The translations under genes and the position numbers were made by a program. 64,000 nucleotides of DNA. Source: Paracoccaceae bacterium (lineage in GTDB: Bacteria > Pseudomonadota > Alphaproteobacteria > Rhodobacterales > Rhodobacteraceae). The notes beneath the pieces are model-generated. The model was not told the origin of the DNA and did no database searches. It saw only the letters and a program-made list of their open reading frames with translations. The DNA lies in the NCBI GenBank assembly GCA_020446815.1, contig JAGRDY010000001.1:5203-69202 (forward strand). Direction: 5' to 3'. Of the stretch, positions 1 to 9,083 are shown in pieces; the stretch's first letter is position 1; every line of letters starts with the position of its first letter.

Positions 1-404
1 TCGTCAATCGCTGAAAACGGATCGTCAAAGGGCCGTTTCATGAAAACCTGCCCGAGCACCTGCGCCACCAGAACCCTGCGCCCGCCCGTGGCCTCGAACA
101 CCCGTGCGCCCTTGCCGGGGGCATTCCGGGCGAAATTGATCGGGCGCAGGATGCGCGGCTCGGTCTCGACAAACGTCAGCATGTCCTTTTGGTCGAAGGC
201 ATGATCGCCCAGGGTCACGCAATCGGCCCCCGCCGCCAGAAGCGCCCTGGCATGGTCCGCCGAAAGCCCCGCCCCCGAGGTCGCGTTTTCGCCATTGACC
301 ACGACGAAATCAAGCCCCCAGTCGGCCCGCAGCCCGGGCAATCGCCCGGCAATCGCCGCACGGCCCGCACGCCCCATGACATCGCCCAAAAACAATAGCT
401 TCAT
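1..404 (-). CDS. YmdB-type metallophosphoesterase (2',3'-cyclic-nucleotide phosphodiesterase family), C-terminus cut by window edge
   Basis: Absent from the ORF track because it runs off the window. Reverse strand from ATG at 404 reads MKLLFLGDVMGRAGRAAIAGRLPGLRADWGLDFVVVNGENATSGAGLSADHARALLAAGADCVTLGDHAFDQKD..., which has the GDxxG and NGEN motifs of the YmdB family. Confidence 0.8.
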   Translation of the reverse strand, partial: MKLLFLGDVMGRAGRAAIAGRLPGLRADWGLDFVVVNGENATSGAGLSADHARALLAAGADCVTLGDHAFDQKDMLTFVETEPRILRPINFARNAPGKGARVFEATGGRRVLVAQVLGQVFMKRPFDDPFSAID

Positions 405-580
405 GCCTCACTGGGTAAGGCCGGAGGGCGCGGCTGGCAAGCACACATTGGCCAATTCGCCGCGTCGGTCATAGGCGGCATTCCGCCACCGCATGTCGGC
501 AGATTCGCGCGCCTGTTGACCGATACCCTTGCACGCACCTACCGTTTGTGCGGGGGAAAGACATATTGAGAGTAAATTTC

Positions 581-1249
581 ATGAACCTTAGCATATTTGG
601 AAACACCGCGATCACGATTTTTGCCTTGATCGCAGCCCCCGCCGCCCATGCCACCACCGTCACCTTCGATGCCTTGCCCGACTATGGCACAGCGATTGAC
701 GACTATATCAACACCGGCGGTTTCACGCCCTATGTCGAAAACGGCGTGACGGTCACACCGACAGACGGTCTTCTGGCCTGGTATAGCGCCCCCGGCTTTG
801 CCCATATGGACGATTCCGGCACCGATTTTGCCTCGGGCCTGCTATTCAACATGGCCACCGCCTTTGACGCGGTCAGCTTTTCGCTGATTTCGCTGGGCTA
901 CAACTTTTTCGGTGAACATGGGCCGCTGGGTGAAACCATCAATGTCACAGGCTTCGCGGGCGGCAGCGCCATCGCCTTTGCCGATTTCATGATGTCAGGC
1001 GATTATCTCGACAGTCAAAGCTTCACGCTTGGCAGCGGCTTTTCCGCGCTCGACGCGCTTTTGATCGAGATCGTCTATCCCGCCAACGCGCCCTATTGCG
1101 ACGCGCCCTGCGGCCATTTCGACCTCGACAGCGTGGTTCTGGCCCCCATCGTGCCAGCCGTGCCGTTGCCTTCGTCCATGGCCATGCTGGGCGCGGCGGG
1201 GCTGGCGCTGTTCGGTTTGCGCAAACGCAGACGGCGGATCAGCGCCTGA
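581..1249 (+). CDS. Secreted protein with VPLPA-CTERM (PEP-CTERM-like) sorting signal
   Basis: N-terminal signal peptide MNLSIFGNTAITIFALIAAPAAHA. The C-terminus VPLPSSMAMLGAAGLALFGLRKRRRR has the motif / TM helix / Arg-cluster architecture. Start taken at the ATG at 581 within ORF 548..1249. Confidence 0.7.
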   Translation: MNLSIFGNTAITIFALIAAPAAHATTVTFDALPDYGTAIDDYINTGGFTPYVENGVTVTPTDGLLAWYSAPGFAHMDDSGTDFASGLLFNMATAFDAVSFSLISLGYNFFGEHGPLGETINVTGFAGGSAIAFADFMMSGDYLDSQSFTLGSGFSALDALLIEIVYPANAPYCDAPCGHFDLDSVVLAPIVPAVPLPSSMAMLGAAGLALFGLRKRRRRISA

Positions 1250-1254
1250 GCGGT

Positions 1255-1818
1255 CTAGGGGTGATGACTTCTAGGGGTAATGACATCGGATTCGGTTACG
1301 ATCAGATCCAGCGGCTGGTCGGTTGATTCGGTTGGTACAGCCTCCACTTCCTGCGCGCCAAATGCAAAACCGATCGCGGTCACGGGGCCGCGGGCGCGCA
1401 ACCCTTCCAATGTTCGGTCATAAAACCCGCCACCATAGCCGAGCCGGTAGCCGCGCCGGTCAAAGGCCAGAAGCGGTATGACAAGAATCTCCGGCACCAG
1501 CCAGGCGCCCGCCTCGGGGATCAGTGCACCGAAAGCGCCCGGCACCATGACCGCTCGGGGCGTCCATTGACGAAACAGCAACGGCGCCCCCGCCGCCTCG
1601 ATGACCGGCACGGCGACCGGTCCATCATGGGCCGCCATTGCCGGCAGGCAGTCGATTTCCGTGCGCATCGGCATATACCCGGCAAGAATCTTGCCAGCCC
1701 AGGCGCCCAGAACTTCGGTCAGCCTTGCCGCTTCGCCCTTACGGCGCGCGCCATGGGCCATCTTGCGCCGCTTGAATGCCTCGGCGCGCGTGGCGGCCTT
1801 GATTTCGGCCATGCTCAT
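1255..1818 (-). CDS. 5-formyltetrahydrofolate cyclo-ligase
   Basis: C-terminal 187 aa of ORF 1255..2304 (MSMAEIKAATRAEAFKRRK...GYGGGFYDRTL) match the 5-FCL family. The ATG at 1818 overlaps the mgtE stop codon (ATGA). Confidence 0.85.
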   Translation of the reverse strand: MSMAEIKAATRAEAFKRRKMAHGARRKGEAARLTEVLGAWAGKILAGYMPMRTEIDCLPAMAAHDGPVAVPVIEAAGAPLLFRQWTPRAVMVPGAFGALIPEAGAWLVPEILVIPLLAFDRRGYRLGYGGGFYDRTLEGLRARGPVTAIGFAFGAQEVEAVPTESTDQPLDLIVTESDVITPRSHHP

Positions 1819-3197
1819 AGCAGCACCAGTGTGGCAAGGCCCAGGAAGGCGAAAAATCCAACCACATCGGTAACCGTGGTCACGAAGGCGCCCGAGGCAA
1901 GGGCGGGATCGACGCCGGCTTTGTCCAACGTAACCGGAACCACGATCCCGGCGACCCCGGCAACGACGAGATTGACCATCAGCGCTGCGGCGAGCAGCGC
2001 GCCGAGCGTCAGGCTGCCGAACCAGAACGCCCCGACCGCACCCATCAGGCAGGCGAAGACGACCCCGTTTATCAGCCCCACCGTCGCCTCGCGCCGGATG
2101 ACGCGCAGAAGGTTCGAGCCGGTAAGGTCGCGGGTCGCGATGGCCCTGACCGCCACCGTCAGACCTTGGATGCCTGCGCTGCCGCCCATCGAGGCGACGA
2201 TGGGCATCAGCACGGCCAGCGCAACCACCTTGGCGATGACATTTTCGAACTCGGAGATGACATAGGCGGCGATATTGGCTGTGACGAGATTGACCGTGAG
2301 CCACGGCAACCGCCGCCGCGCCGTCTCGAACACACTGTCGGAAAGCGATCCGTCGCCGACACCTGCCAGACGCAGGATGTCTTCTTCAAGCTCTTCATCG
2401 AGAACGGCCATGGCATCATCGATGGTGATGACGCCGACCAGACGTTCATCGGCATCGACGACGGGTGCGGAAATCAGGTGGTACTGGTTGAACGCATAGG
2501 CAACATCGCCCTCCGCCTCCATCACATCGATGGTGCGAAAGCTTTCCTCGACGATATCGACCAGCCTGACCGCGCGTTTGGAAGACAAGAGCTTGCCCAG
2601 CGTCACGTTGCCGACCGGGTGCCAGCGCGGATCGACGATGATGACATGGTAGAACTGATCCGGCAGTTCTTTGGCATTGCGCAGAAAATCGATCGCCTCG
2701 CCGACTGTCCAGTGTTCGGGGGCAGTCACCACCTCGCGTTGCATCAGGCGGCCGGCGGAATATTCCGGATAGGCCATCGACTGTTCGACGGCGGCCCGGT
2801 CGCTGTCTTCCAGAGCGCCCAGGATTCGTTCCTGCTGCGGGACTTCGAGATCTTCGATCAGATCGACAACATCGTCGGAATCGAGTTCCCGGACCGCGTC
2901 GGAAAGAACGTCATGCGGCAGTAGGTCGATCACTTCCTCGCGGATCGATTCGTCCAGTTCCGAAAGAATTTCCCCGTCGATACCGCCCGACCAGAGCGCA
3001 ATCAGCCCGGCACGGTCCGCCGATCCGATCTGTTCCAGCAGGTCGGCGATATCGGCCGCGTGAAGCGGCTCCATCAACGCGGCGATGGTTTCCGCATCGT
3101 TCGCCTCTACGGCATCGAGAATGGCATCGACGACGCGCGAATCGAGGATATACTCGTCCTCTTCGCGGTCGATCACCCCATCTTCGGTCTCGGCCAT
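1815..3197 (-). CDS. mgtE: Magnesium transporter MgtE
   Basis: 460-aa ORF with an acidic N-domain, tandem CBS region and C-terminal TM domain (VVALAVLMPIVASMGGSAGIQ...TDVVGFFAFLGLA) typical of MgtE. Confidence 0.95.
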   Translation of the reverse strand: MAETEDGVIDREEDEYILDSRVVDAILDAVEANDAETIAALMEPLHAADIADLLEQIGSADRAGLIALWSGGIDGEILSELDESIREEVIDLLPHDVLSDAVRELDSDDVVDLIEDLEVPQQERILGALEDSDRAAVEQSMAYPEYSAGRLMQREVVTAPEHWTVGEAIDFLRNAKELPDQFYHVIIVDPRWHPVGNVTLGKLLSSKRAVRLVDIVEESFRTIDVMEAEGDVAYAFNQYHLISAPVVDADERLVGVITIDDAMAVLDEELEEDILRLAGVGDGSLSDSVFETARRRLPWLTVNLVTANIAAYVISEFENVIAKVVALAVLMPIVASMGGSAGIQGLTVAVRAIATRDLTGSNLLRVIRREATVGLINGVVFACLMGAVGAFWFGSLTLGALLAAALMVNLVVAGVAGIVVPVTLDKAGVDPALASGAFVTTVTDVVGFFAFLGLATLVLL

Positions 3198-3338
3198 GCC
3201 ACCTCCTGTTTCATTACCGCGAACTTACCGGAAGCAGTTTCAAAGAAACAGAGGCAAGCCAGAGATTTCCCTTGCCGCTTCCGCGCGTTAGGCTTTTCTC
3301 GAGGAACCCCGAGGAACCTGCCCCCGAAGGAACGCATC

Positions 3339-4619
3339 ATGACTGACCTGCTGATCGGACAAACCCTGAGCTTTGCCGGCACACCGGTGACCGACGGGGC
3401 AGGGGCGGCAAGGCACAGCGCGCGCGGGGGCGTCATTGTCGAAGGCGGCCGCATCACCGCCGTGGGCGAGGCCGATGAGTTGCGCGCGTCCCGCCCCGAT
3501 GCGCGAGTGACAGATTACGGATCGGCGCTGATTTCCGCCGGTTTCATCGACGCTCACGTCCATTACCCGCAGACCGCGATAATCGCGAGCTGGGGCAAAC
3601 GGCTGATCGACTGGCTGAACAGCTATACCTTTCCGGAAGAAATGAAATTTGCCGACCCCGCCTATGCGGCAAAGATTGCCGCGCGCTACGTCGATCTGGC
3701 CCTGGCGCATGGGACGACATCGATGTGCAGTTACACTACGATCCACCCCGCCAGTGTCGATGCCTTCTTCGAGCAGGCGCGCGCAAGGGGATTGCGCGCC
3801 TGGGCCGGAAAGACCTGCATGGACCGCAACGCCCCCGAGGCGCTTTGCGACACGCCACGGTCCGCCTATGACGACAGCAAGCGGCTGCTGGAAAGATGGC
3901 ACGGGGTTGACCGGTTATCCTATGTCGTCACCCCGCGGTTTTCGCCAACCTCGACCCCCGATCAGCTTGCCGCGATGGGGGCGCTCTGGGCCGAACACCC
4001 GGACTGCCTGATGCAGACCCACCTTTCGGAACAGCCCGACGAGGTTGCCTGGGTCCGGTCGCTTTTTCCCCGGGCGCGCGACTATCTCGACACCTATGAG
4101 GCGCACGGTCTGCTCGGCCCCGGTGCGCTTTTCGGCCATGCGATCCATCTTGAACCACGCGAAATCAGTCGGATCGGGGAGGTAGACGCCAGCCTGATTC
4201 ACTGTCCGACATCGAATACCTTCATCGGCTCTGGCCTGTTTGACATGGATGGGCTGGCGCGCGGCGGCCACCGCATAGGCCTGGCCACCGACACCGGCGG
4301 CGGATCGAGCTTTTCGATGCTGCGCACGATGGCGGCGGCCTATGAGGTGGCCCAGTTGCGCGGCCATGCGCTGCATCCGGCGAAGCTCTGGTGGCTGGCG
4401 ACGCAGGGCGCGGCGCGATCCCTGCGCGCCGATGACAGGATCGGCAATCTCGCGCCGGGAATGGAAGCCGACATCGCCGTGATCGACCTTGCCTCCACCC
4501 CCGCCATCGCCCAGCGCGCCGCCCGCGCCGGTGATCTTTGGGAAGCGATCTTTCCGACGATCATGATGGGCGACGACCGGGCGGTGAAAGCGGTCTGGGT
4601 CGGCGGAAAATTGCAGTGA
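3339..4619 (+). CDS. guaD: Guanine deaminase
   Basis: From the ATG at 3339 (MTDLLIGQTLSF...) within ORF 3060..4619. Amidohydrolase HxH motif (FIDAHVHYPQ) and guanine-deaminase-like core (PRFSPTSTPDQL, THLSEQ). Confidence 0.9.
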   Translation: MTDLLIGQTLSFAGTPVTDGAGAARHSARGGVIVEGGRITAVGEADELRASRPDARVTDYGSALISAGFIDAHVHYPQTAIIASWGKRLIDWLNSYTFPEEMKFADPAYAAKIAARYVDLALAHGTTSMCSYTTIHPASVDAFFEQARARGLRAWAGKTCMDRNAPEALCDTPRSAYDDSKRLLERWHGVDRLSYVVTPRFSPTSTPDQLAAMGALWAEHPDCLMQTHLSEQPDEVAWVRSLFPRARDYLDTYEAHGLLGPGALFGHAIHLEPREISRIGEVDASLIHCPTSNTFIGSGLFDMDGLARGGHRIGLATDTGGGSSFSMLRTMAAAYEVAQLRGHALHPAKLWWLATQGAARSLRADDRIGNLAPGMEADIAVIDLASTPAIAQRAARAGDLWEAIFPTIMMGDDRAVKAVWVGGKLQ

Positions 4620-4748
4620 CCAGAAAGGAGACGCCTGCGGCGTCGCCGCATGGCCGGGTCGCCGCGAACCGCGGCTCCCGCTGCCTCCGGCGGGAGTATT
4701 TTCGCAAAGCAGAAGCGCGGCGTTGTTCTTTTCTACGGGTGCGCAGGA

Positions 4749-6086
4749 TCAGCCCATGAGCCTTGCGGCAAGGCGGTGCTGATCCTCGATGTAGCGTGGC
4801 AGCTCGATTGTCGCGAGCTGCCCGTCGCGCACCACCTGACGCCCTTCCACGAAGAGATCGCGCACCCGCCCCGGACCGCACAGCACCAGTGCTGCGACCG
4901 GATCCCATGCGCCTGCCGCCTCGATTCCCGAGACATCCCAGATCGCGATGTCGGCGCGCTTTCCCGGCTCCAGCGATCCGCAATCGGGGCGCCCGAGAAC
5001 CCGCGCGCCACCCAGCGTGGCAATTTCCAGCGCCTCGCGCGCGGCCATCGCTTCCGCGCCGTTCGCAACCCGCTGCAACAAGAGCATCTGCCGCGCCTCG
5101 AGCGCGAGGTTTCCGGCGTCGTTGGAGGCCGATCCATCGACCCCCAGCGCCACATTGACGCCGCTGTCACGCATCGCGCGAACCGGTGCGATCCCCGATC
5201 CGAGGCGGCAATTCGAGCAGGGGCAATGGGCGATCCCGGTACCCGAGCGGGCGAAAAGATCGATCTCGGCGCGATCGAGTTTCACGCAATGGGCGTGCCA
5301 CACATCATCGCCGGTCCAGCCCAGATCCTCGGCGTATTGGCCGGGACGGCAGCCAAAGCTGGCCATCGAATAGGCGATATCTTCGTCATTTTCGGCCAGA
5401 TGTGTATGCAGCATGACGTGCTTGTCGCGGGCCAGAACCGCCGCCTCGCGCATCAGATCGCGGCTGACGGAAAAGGGCGAACAGGGGGCCAGCCCGATCC
5501 GCACCATCGCCCCTTCGGCCGGGTCGTGAAAAGCGTCGATGACCCGCACCATGTCGGCCAGGATAGCCGTTTCGCGTTCTACCAGGGTGTCGGGCGGCAG
5601 CCCGCCCGCGGATTCGCCGATCGACATCGCGCCGCGTGTCGGATGGAACCGCAAGCCGATTTCGCGGGCGGCGTCAATCGTATCGTCGAGCCGCGCCCCG
5701 CCGGGGAACAGATAAAGGTGGTCTGAACTTTGCGAGCAGCCCGACAAGGCCAGTTCCGCCAATCCGATCAGGGCCGATATGCGCATTTCATCCGGTCCGA
5801 ACCGCGCCCAGATCGGGTAGAGCGTTTTCAGCCAGCCAAACAGCAGTGCGTCCTGCCCGCCTGGCACCGCGCGTGTCAGGGTCTGATAGAGATGGTGATG
5901 GGTGTTAACCAGACCCGGTGTGACAACACAGCCGCGCGCCTCGACCACCGGTCCCTTCGTTGTCAGCCCCTTGCCGACCGCGGCAATTATGCCGCCCCGG
6001 ACCAGCACGTCGCCGCCGGCAATTTCGGAGCGCGCGCCATTCATCGTCACCACCGAAGCCGCCCCGCGTATCAGGGTTTCCGACAT
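4749..6086 (-). CDS. Amidohydrolase, 8-oxoguanine deaminase-like
   Basis: MSETLIRGAASVVTMNG...VNTHHHLYQTLTR motif and length fit the 8-oxoguanine/isoxanthopterin deaminase subgroup. AAGGAG Shine-Dalgarno sequence ahead of the ATG at 6086. Confidence 0.7.
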   Translation of the reverse strand: MSETLIRGAASVVTMNGARSEIAGGDVLVRGGIIAAVGKGLTTKGPVVEARGCVVTPGLVNTHHHLYQTLTRAVPGGQDALLFGWLKTLYPIWARFGPDEMRISALIGLAELALSGCSQSSDHLYLFPGGARLDDTIDAAREIGLRFHPTRGAMSIGESAGGLPPDTLVERETAILADMVRVIDAFHDPAEGAMVRIGLAPCSPFSVSRDLMREAAVLARDKHVMLHTHLAENDEDIAYSMASFGCRPGQYAEDLGWTGDDVWHAHCVKLDRAEIDLFARSGTGIAHCPCSNCRLGSGIAPVRAMRDSGVNVALGVDGSASNDAGNLALEARQMLLLQRVANGAEAMAAREALEIATLGGARVLGRPDCGSLEPGKRADIAIWDVSGIEAAGAWDPVAALVLCGPGRVRDLFVEGRQVVRDGQLATIELPRYIEDQHRLAARLMG

Positions 6087-6181
6087 CCGTTTCTCCTTGT
6101 GCCGGGGGCCGCGGTGCAAGGCCGGCCGGCTCCAGCCGGGCCAGCGACTTCCGTTGGCCGAGTCCCGCCGCTGGCGTCCGC

Positions 6182-6985
6182 TCAGGTCGAGGAGAGTATC
6201 GCCAGGGCCTCGGCATGAACAGCGCTATTGGCGGCGGCCAGCACCTGACCGCCCTGATGCACCGGCCCGCCCTGCCAATCCGTCACGATGCCGCCCGCCG
6301 CTTCTATCACCGCAATCGGAGCTTGCACGTCATATGCCTTGAGACCGGCTTCGATCACCAGATCGATCTGACCCGCCGCGATGAGCGCATAGGCGTAGCA
6401 ATCGATCCCATAGCGGGTCAACCGCGCCCTGTTTGACACCTGCGAGAAGGCCGCACCTTCCTTGGGGGTTCCGACGCTCGGAAAAGTGGTGAACAGGATC
6501 GCCTCGGACAGCGGCCGCGCCGGGCGGGCGCGCAGGGGCTTGCGCCCCATCGGTCCGACGACCTCGGCCACGCCAAGCCCGCCGGAAAACCGCTCTCCGA
6601 TATAGGGCTGGTCAATGATGCCGAAAATCGGGCCGCGCGCATCGGCGACCGAGATCAGCACACCCCAGGTCGGCGTACCCGACAGATAGCTGCGCGTGCC
6701 ATCAATGGGGTCAAGAACCCAGGTCAGCCCGGATGTACCTGATTTGGCGCCGAATTCCTCACCCAGGATCGCGTCACCCGGGCGCCGCTTGGCGAGAATG
6801 TCGCGCATTTCGCGTTCGCAGCCGCGATCGGCCACCGTTACCGGATCAAAATGCGATTTTTCCTTGTTTTCGGCGTCAAGTCCGTCGGCGCGGAAATGCT
6901 CAAGAGTTGCCCGCCGCGCTGCATCGGCCAGGATATGCGCGGTTTCGACCAGGATCATGCGCTCTTGGTCGGAAATTCGGGTCAT
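6182..6985 (-). CDS. hisN: Inositol monophosphatase-family protein, probable histidinol-phosphatase
   Basis: 267-aa ORF with IMPase motifs (DPVTVADR, WVLDPIDGT, IDCYAYALIAAGQIDLVIE). The HisN assignment is by family resemblance only. Confidence 0.75.
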   Translation of the reverse strand: MTRISDQERMILVETAHILADAARRATLEHFRADGLDAENKEKSHFDPVTVADRGCEREMRDILAKRRPGDAILGEEFGAKSGTSGLTWVLDPIDGTRSYLSGTPTWGVLISVADARGPIFGIIDQPYIGERFSGGLGVAEVVGPMGRKPLRARPARPLSEAILFTTFPSVGTPKEGAAFSQVSNRARLTRYGIDCYAYALIAAGQIDLVIEAGLKAYDVQAPIAVIEAAGGIVTDWQGGPVHQGGQVLAAANSAVHAEALAILSST

Positions 6986-7036
6986 CAGGGGCCTCTTGCT
7001 CTCATGACCGAGCGTTAACCCCGAGGCCAGGGGCGG

Positions 7037-7399
7037 TCAAGCCGCGTCGGACAGAACCTTGGCCAGATCGAACAATCTCCGGCGTTGCGGTTCGGGGATC
7101 GCATAATAGGACCGTACCAGCATGAGCGCCTCTTTGTCGGCCATGATATCTCCGGCGATTTCATCGACTTCGGGCGCACGTGCGTCCAGCCCTTCGAAGA
7201 AAAAGCTGATCGATACACCAAGTGCATCGGAAATATCCCAAAGACGAGAGGCCGAGATCCGATTCATACCGGTTTCATATTTCTGGATCTGCTGAAACTT
7301 GATGCCAACCATATCCGCAAGCTGTTGCTGGGTCATCCCAACCATCCACCTGCGGTGGCGAACGCGTTTGCCGACATGGACGTCTACGGGGTGTTTCAT
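7037..7399 (-). CDS. XRE-family helix-turn-helix transcriptional regulator
   Basis: MKHPVDVHVGKRVRHRRWMVGMTQQQLADMVGIKFQQIQKYETGMNRISASRLWDISDALGVSISFFFEG is the conserved alphaproteobacterial HTH_XRE protein. TGGAGA Shine-Dalgarno sequence before the ATG at 7399. Confidence 0.85.
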   Translation of the reverse strand: MKHPVDVHVGKRVRHRRWMVGMTQQQLADMVGIKFQQIQKYETGMNRISASRLWDISDALGVSISFFFEGLDARAPEVDEIAGDIMADKEALMLVRSYYAIPEPQRRRLFDLAKVLSDAA

Positions 7400-8091
7400 T
7401 GTCGTCTCCATTTTGTGTCGAATACCATACAAGCAATTACCATGCCAAAATCACATCTTGATCGAAATATTTTTTAAAAAAGCCTTTTCGCGAAAAAACT
7501 CCCGACTCGGTGTCATGTTACGACAAAATCCGCCCCTGGGATATGGTCGCCTTATGAGATTCTGTAAAAGGCGCAACTCGCCTTAAATACTCTCGCATTA
7601 TTTTTTGCAAAACGCAACAAGTTGGCCAATCGATTCCCATTTTGCGAAGATTTGGCATCTCTTTCAACCCGTTTGTGACGCCGGCTGCCACGAAAATAAG
7701 GCTGGATTCGTTGCCCGCCAATTGGCATGATATTGATTTAAAATGAGAAATTCCGAAAAAGGGGGCCGCGCAGCGAAAATGCAACCGTTGCCTAGCGAAG
7801 ATCCGCCGGTGCCTTGGCCCGGCCAGAGCGGACCGCCGGAAACTCCCGGCGCGGCCTGCCTCTCATCCGGATCTCGGGCAGCGGAAAAACCACAGCACAA
7901 TCAGCCAAACACGAAATCACGACCGGGCATTCGCGCAGCTCGGACCAAATCGCTTGGACCTTGACCCGGTTCGCCATATCAAGGGCAAAGCGCAACGGTT
8001 CCCGGGGCTCGCCTGCCCCGGTTTGCCGCAAATCCGATGCAGATCGGCGGCAGACTGCGCCAGTTCCGATTCCGCGATCCGGGGGCAAGCG

Positions 8092-9051
8092 ATGAAAGCA
8101 CTACAAATCACATCTTTCGGCGGCCGGCCGGCGCTTTGCGACATCCCCCGGCCCACCCCTGCCAAGGGTGAGATCCTGATCGAGATCAAGGCTTGCGGGC
8201 TCAACTTTGCCGATCTCTTGATGATCGACGGCAAGTATCAGGAACGCCCTTCCCTGCCGCTGACGCTGGGGATGGAACCGGCCGGTATTGTTCGCTCTCT
8301 TGGCCCCGATACCGAAGGCCCCGCCCCCGGCACCCGTGTTGCGGTCTATACCAACGGAGGCGGCCTGGCCGAGTTTGGCTGCTTTGCGGTTGACAGGTGC
8401 CTGCCGCTGCCGCCGGATATGCCCTTCGATCATGCGGCCGCTTTGCAGATCGCCTATGGCACCAGCCATGTCGCACTGGATCATCGCGCGCAATTGAAGC
8501 AGGGCGAAACGCTTTTGGTTCTTGGTGCCGCCGGCGGTGTGGGGCTGACGGCGGTCGAGATCGGCAAACGGATGGGGGCGCGGGTGATCGCCTGTGCGCG
8601 TGGGGCGGAAAAGCTGGGTGTCGCCGAAGCCGCCGGTGCCGACCACCTGATCGACAGCGACGCGGGTGATCTGCGTGCCGCGGTTAAGGCCCTTGGCGGC
8701 GCGGATGTGGTTTATGACCCCGTCGGCGGTGATCAGTTCGATGCCGCATTTCGTGCCACCAGACCCGGCGGGCGGATCATCGTCATCGGCTTTGCCAGCG
8801 GGCGCGTACCGCAGATCGCCGCCAACCACCTGCTGGTCAAGAACATCACCGTCATCGGTCATTACTGGGGCGGGTTCTTGCGGTTTCGGCCCGACCTGCT
8901 GAGACAAAGCCTGCACACCCTGCTGGCCTGGTATGGCGAGGGCAAGCTTCATCCGCACATAGGCCACACCCTGCAACTGCCCTGCGCCGATGCGGCGCTT
9001 GACCTTCTGCGGACGCGCAAATCGGTCGGCAAGGTCGTCGTCACGATGTAA
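8092..9051 (+). CDS. NADPH:quinone oxidoreductase (zinc-type MDR family)
   Basis: From the ATG at 8092 (MKALQITSFGG...). Contains GETLLVLGAAGGVGLTAVEIGKRMGARVIA Rossmann motif. The upstream part of ORF 7954..9051 is non-coding-like. Confidence 0.85.
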   Translation: MKALQITSFGGRPALCDIPRPTPAKGEILIEIKACGLNFADLLMIDGKYQERPSLPLTLGMEPAGIVRSLGPDTEGPAPGTRVAVYTNGGGLAEFGCFAVDRCLPLPPDMPFDHAAALQIAYGTSHVALDHRAQLKQGETLLVLGAAGGVGLTAVEIGKRMGARVIACARGAEKLGVAEAAGADHLIDSDAGDLRAAVKALGGADVVYDPVGGDQFDAAFRATRPGGRIIVIGFASGRVPQIAANHLLVKNITVIGHYWGGFLRFRPDLLRQSLHTLLAWYGEGKLHPHIGHTLQLPCADAALDLLRTRKSVGKVVVTM

Positions 9052-9083
9052 GATTTCGCGGTAAGATTTCGCGGCAAGATTCC
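9048..9083. repeat. 13-bp tandem direct repeat GTAAGATTTCGCG x2 plus a degenerate third copy, spanning the qor-like stop codon
   Basis: Read directly from the sequence. 9048-9060 and 9061-9073 are identical. 9074-9083 (gcaagattcc) is a diverged partial copy. Confidence 0.85.

Noticed and set aside
3198-3338. Magnesium-sensing leader upstream of mgtE
   Set aside because: This is a short divergent promoter region shared with guaD. No M-box-like sequence is recognisable, and that motif is mainly found in Firmicutes.
6986-7036. suhB-type RNA motif upstream of the inositol-monophosphatase-family gene
   Set aside because: The spacer is only 51 bp and shows just a GGCCTC...GAGGCC pairing with a 28-nt loop. 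That is more simply a terminator-like element for the upstream XRE gene.
7760-8091. 6S RNA, SRP RNA or two-piece tmRNA in the GC-normal half of the large intergenic region
   Set aside because: I could not find the conserved SRP domain IV motif, a tmRNA tag reading frame, or long-range end complementarity expected of 6S RNA. It is left as unexplained; see the finding for 7400-8091.
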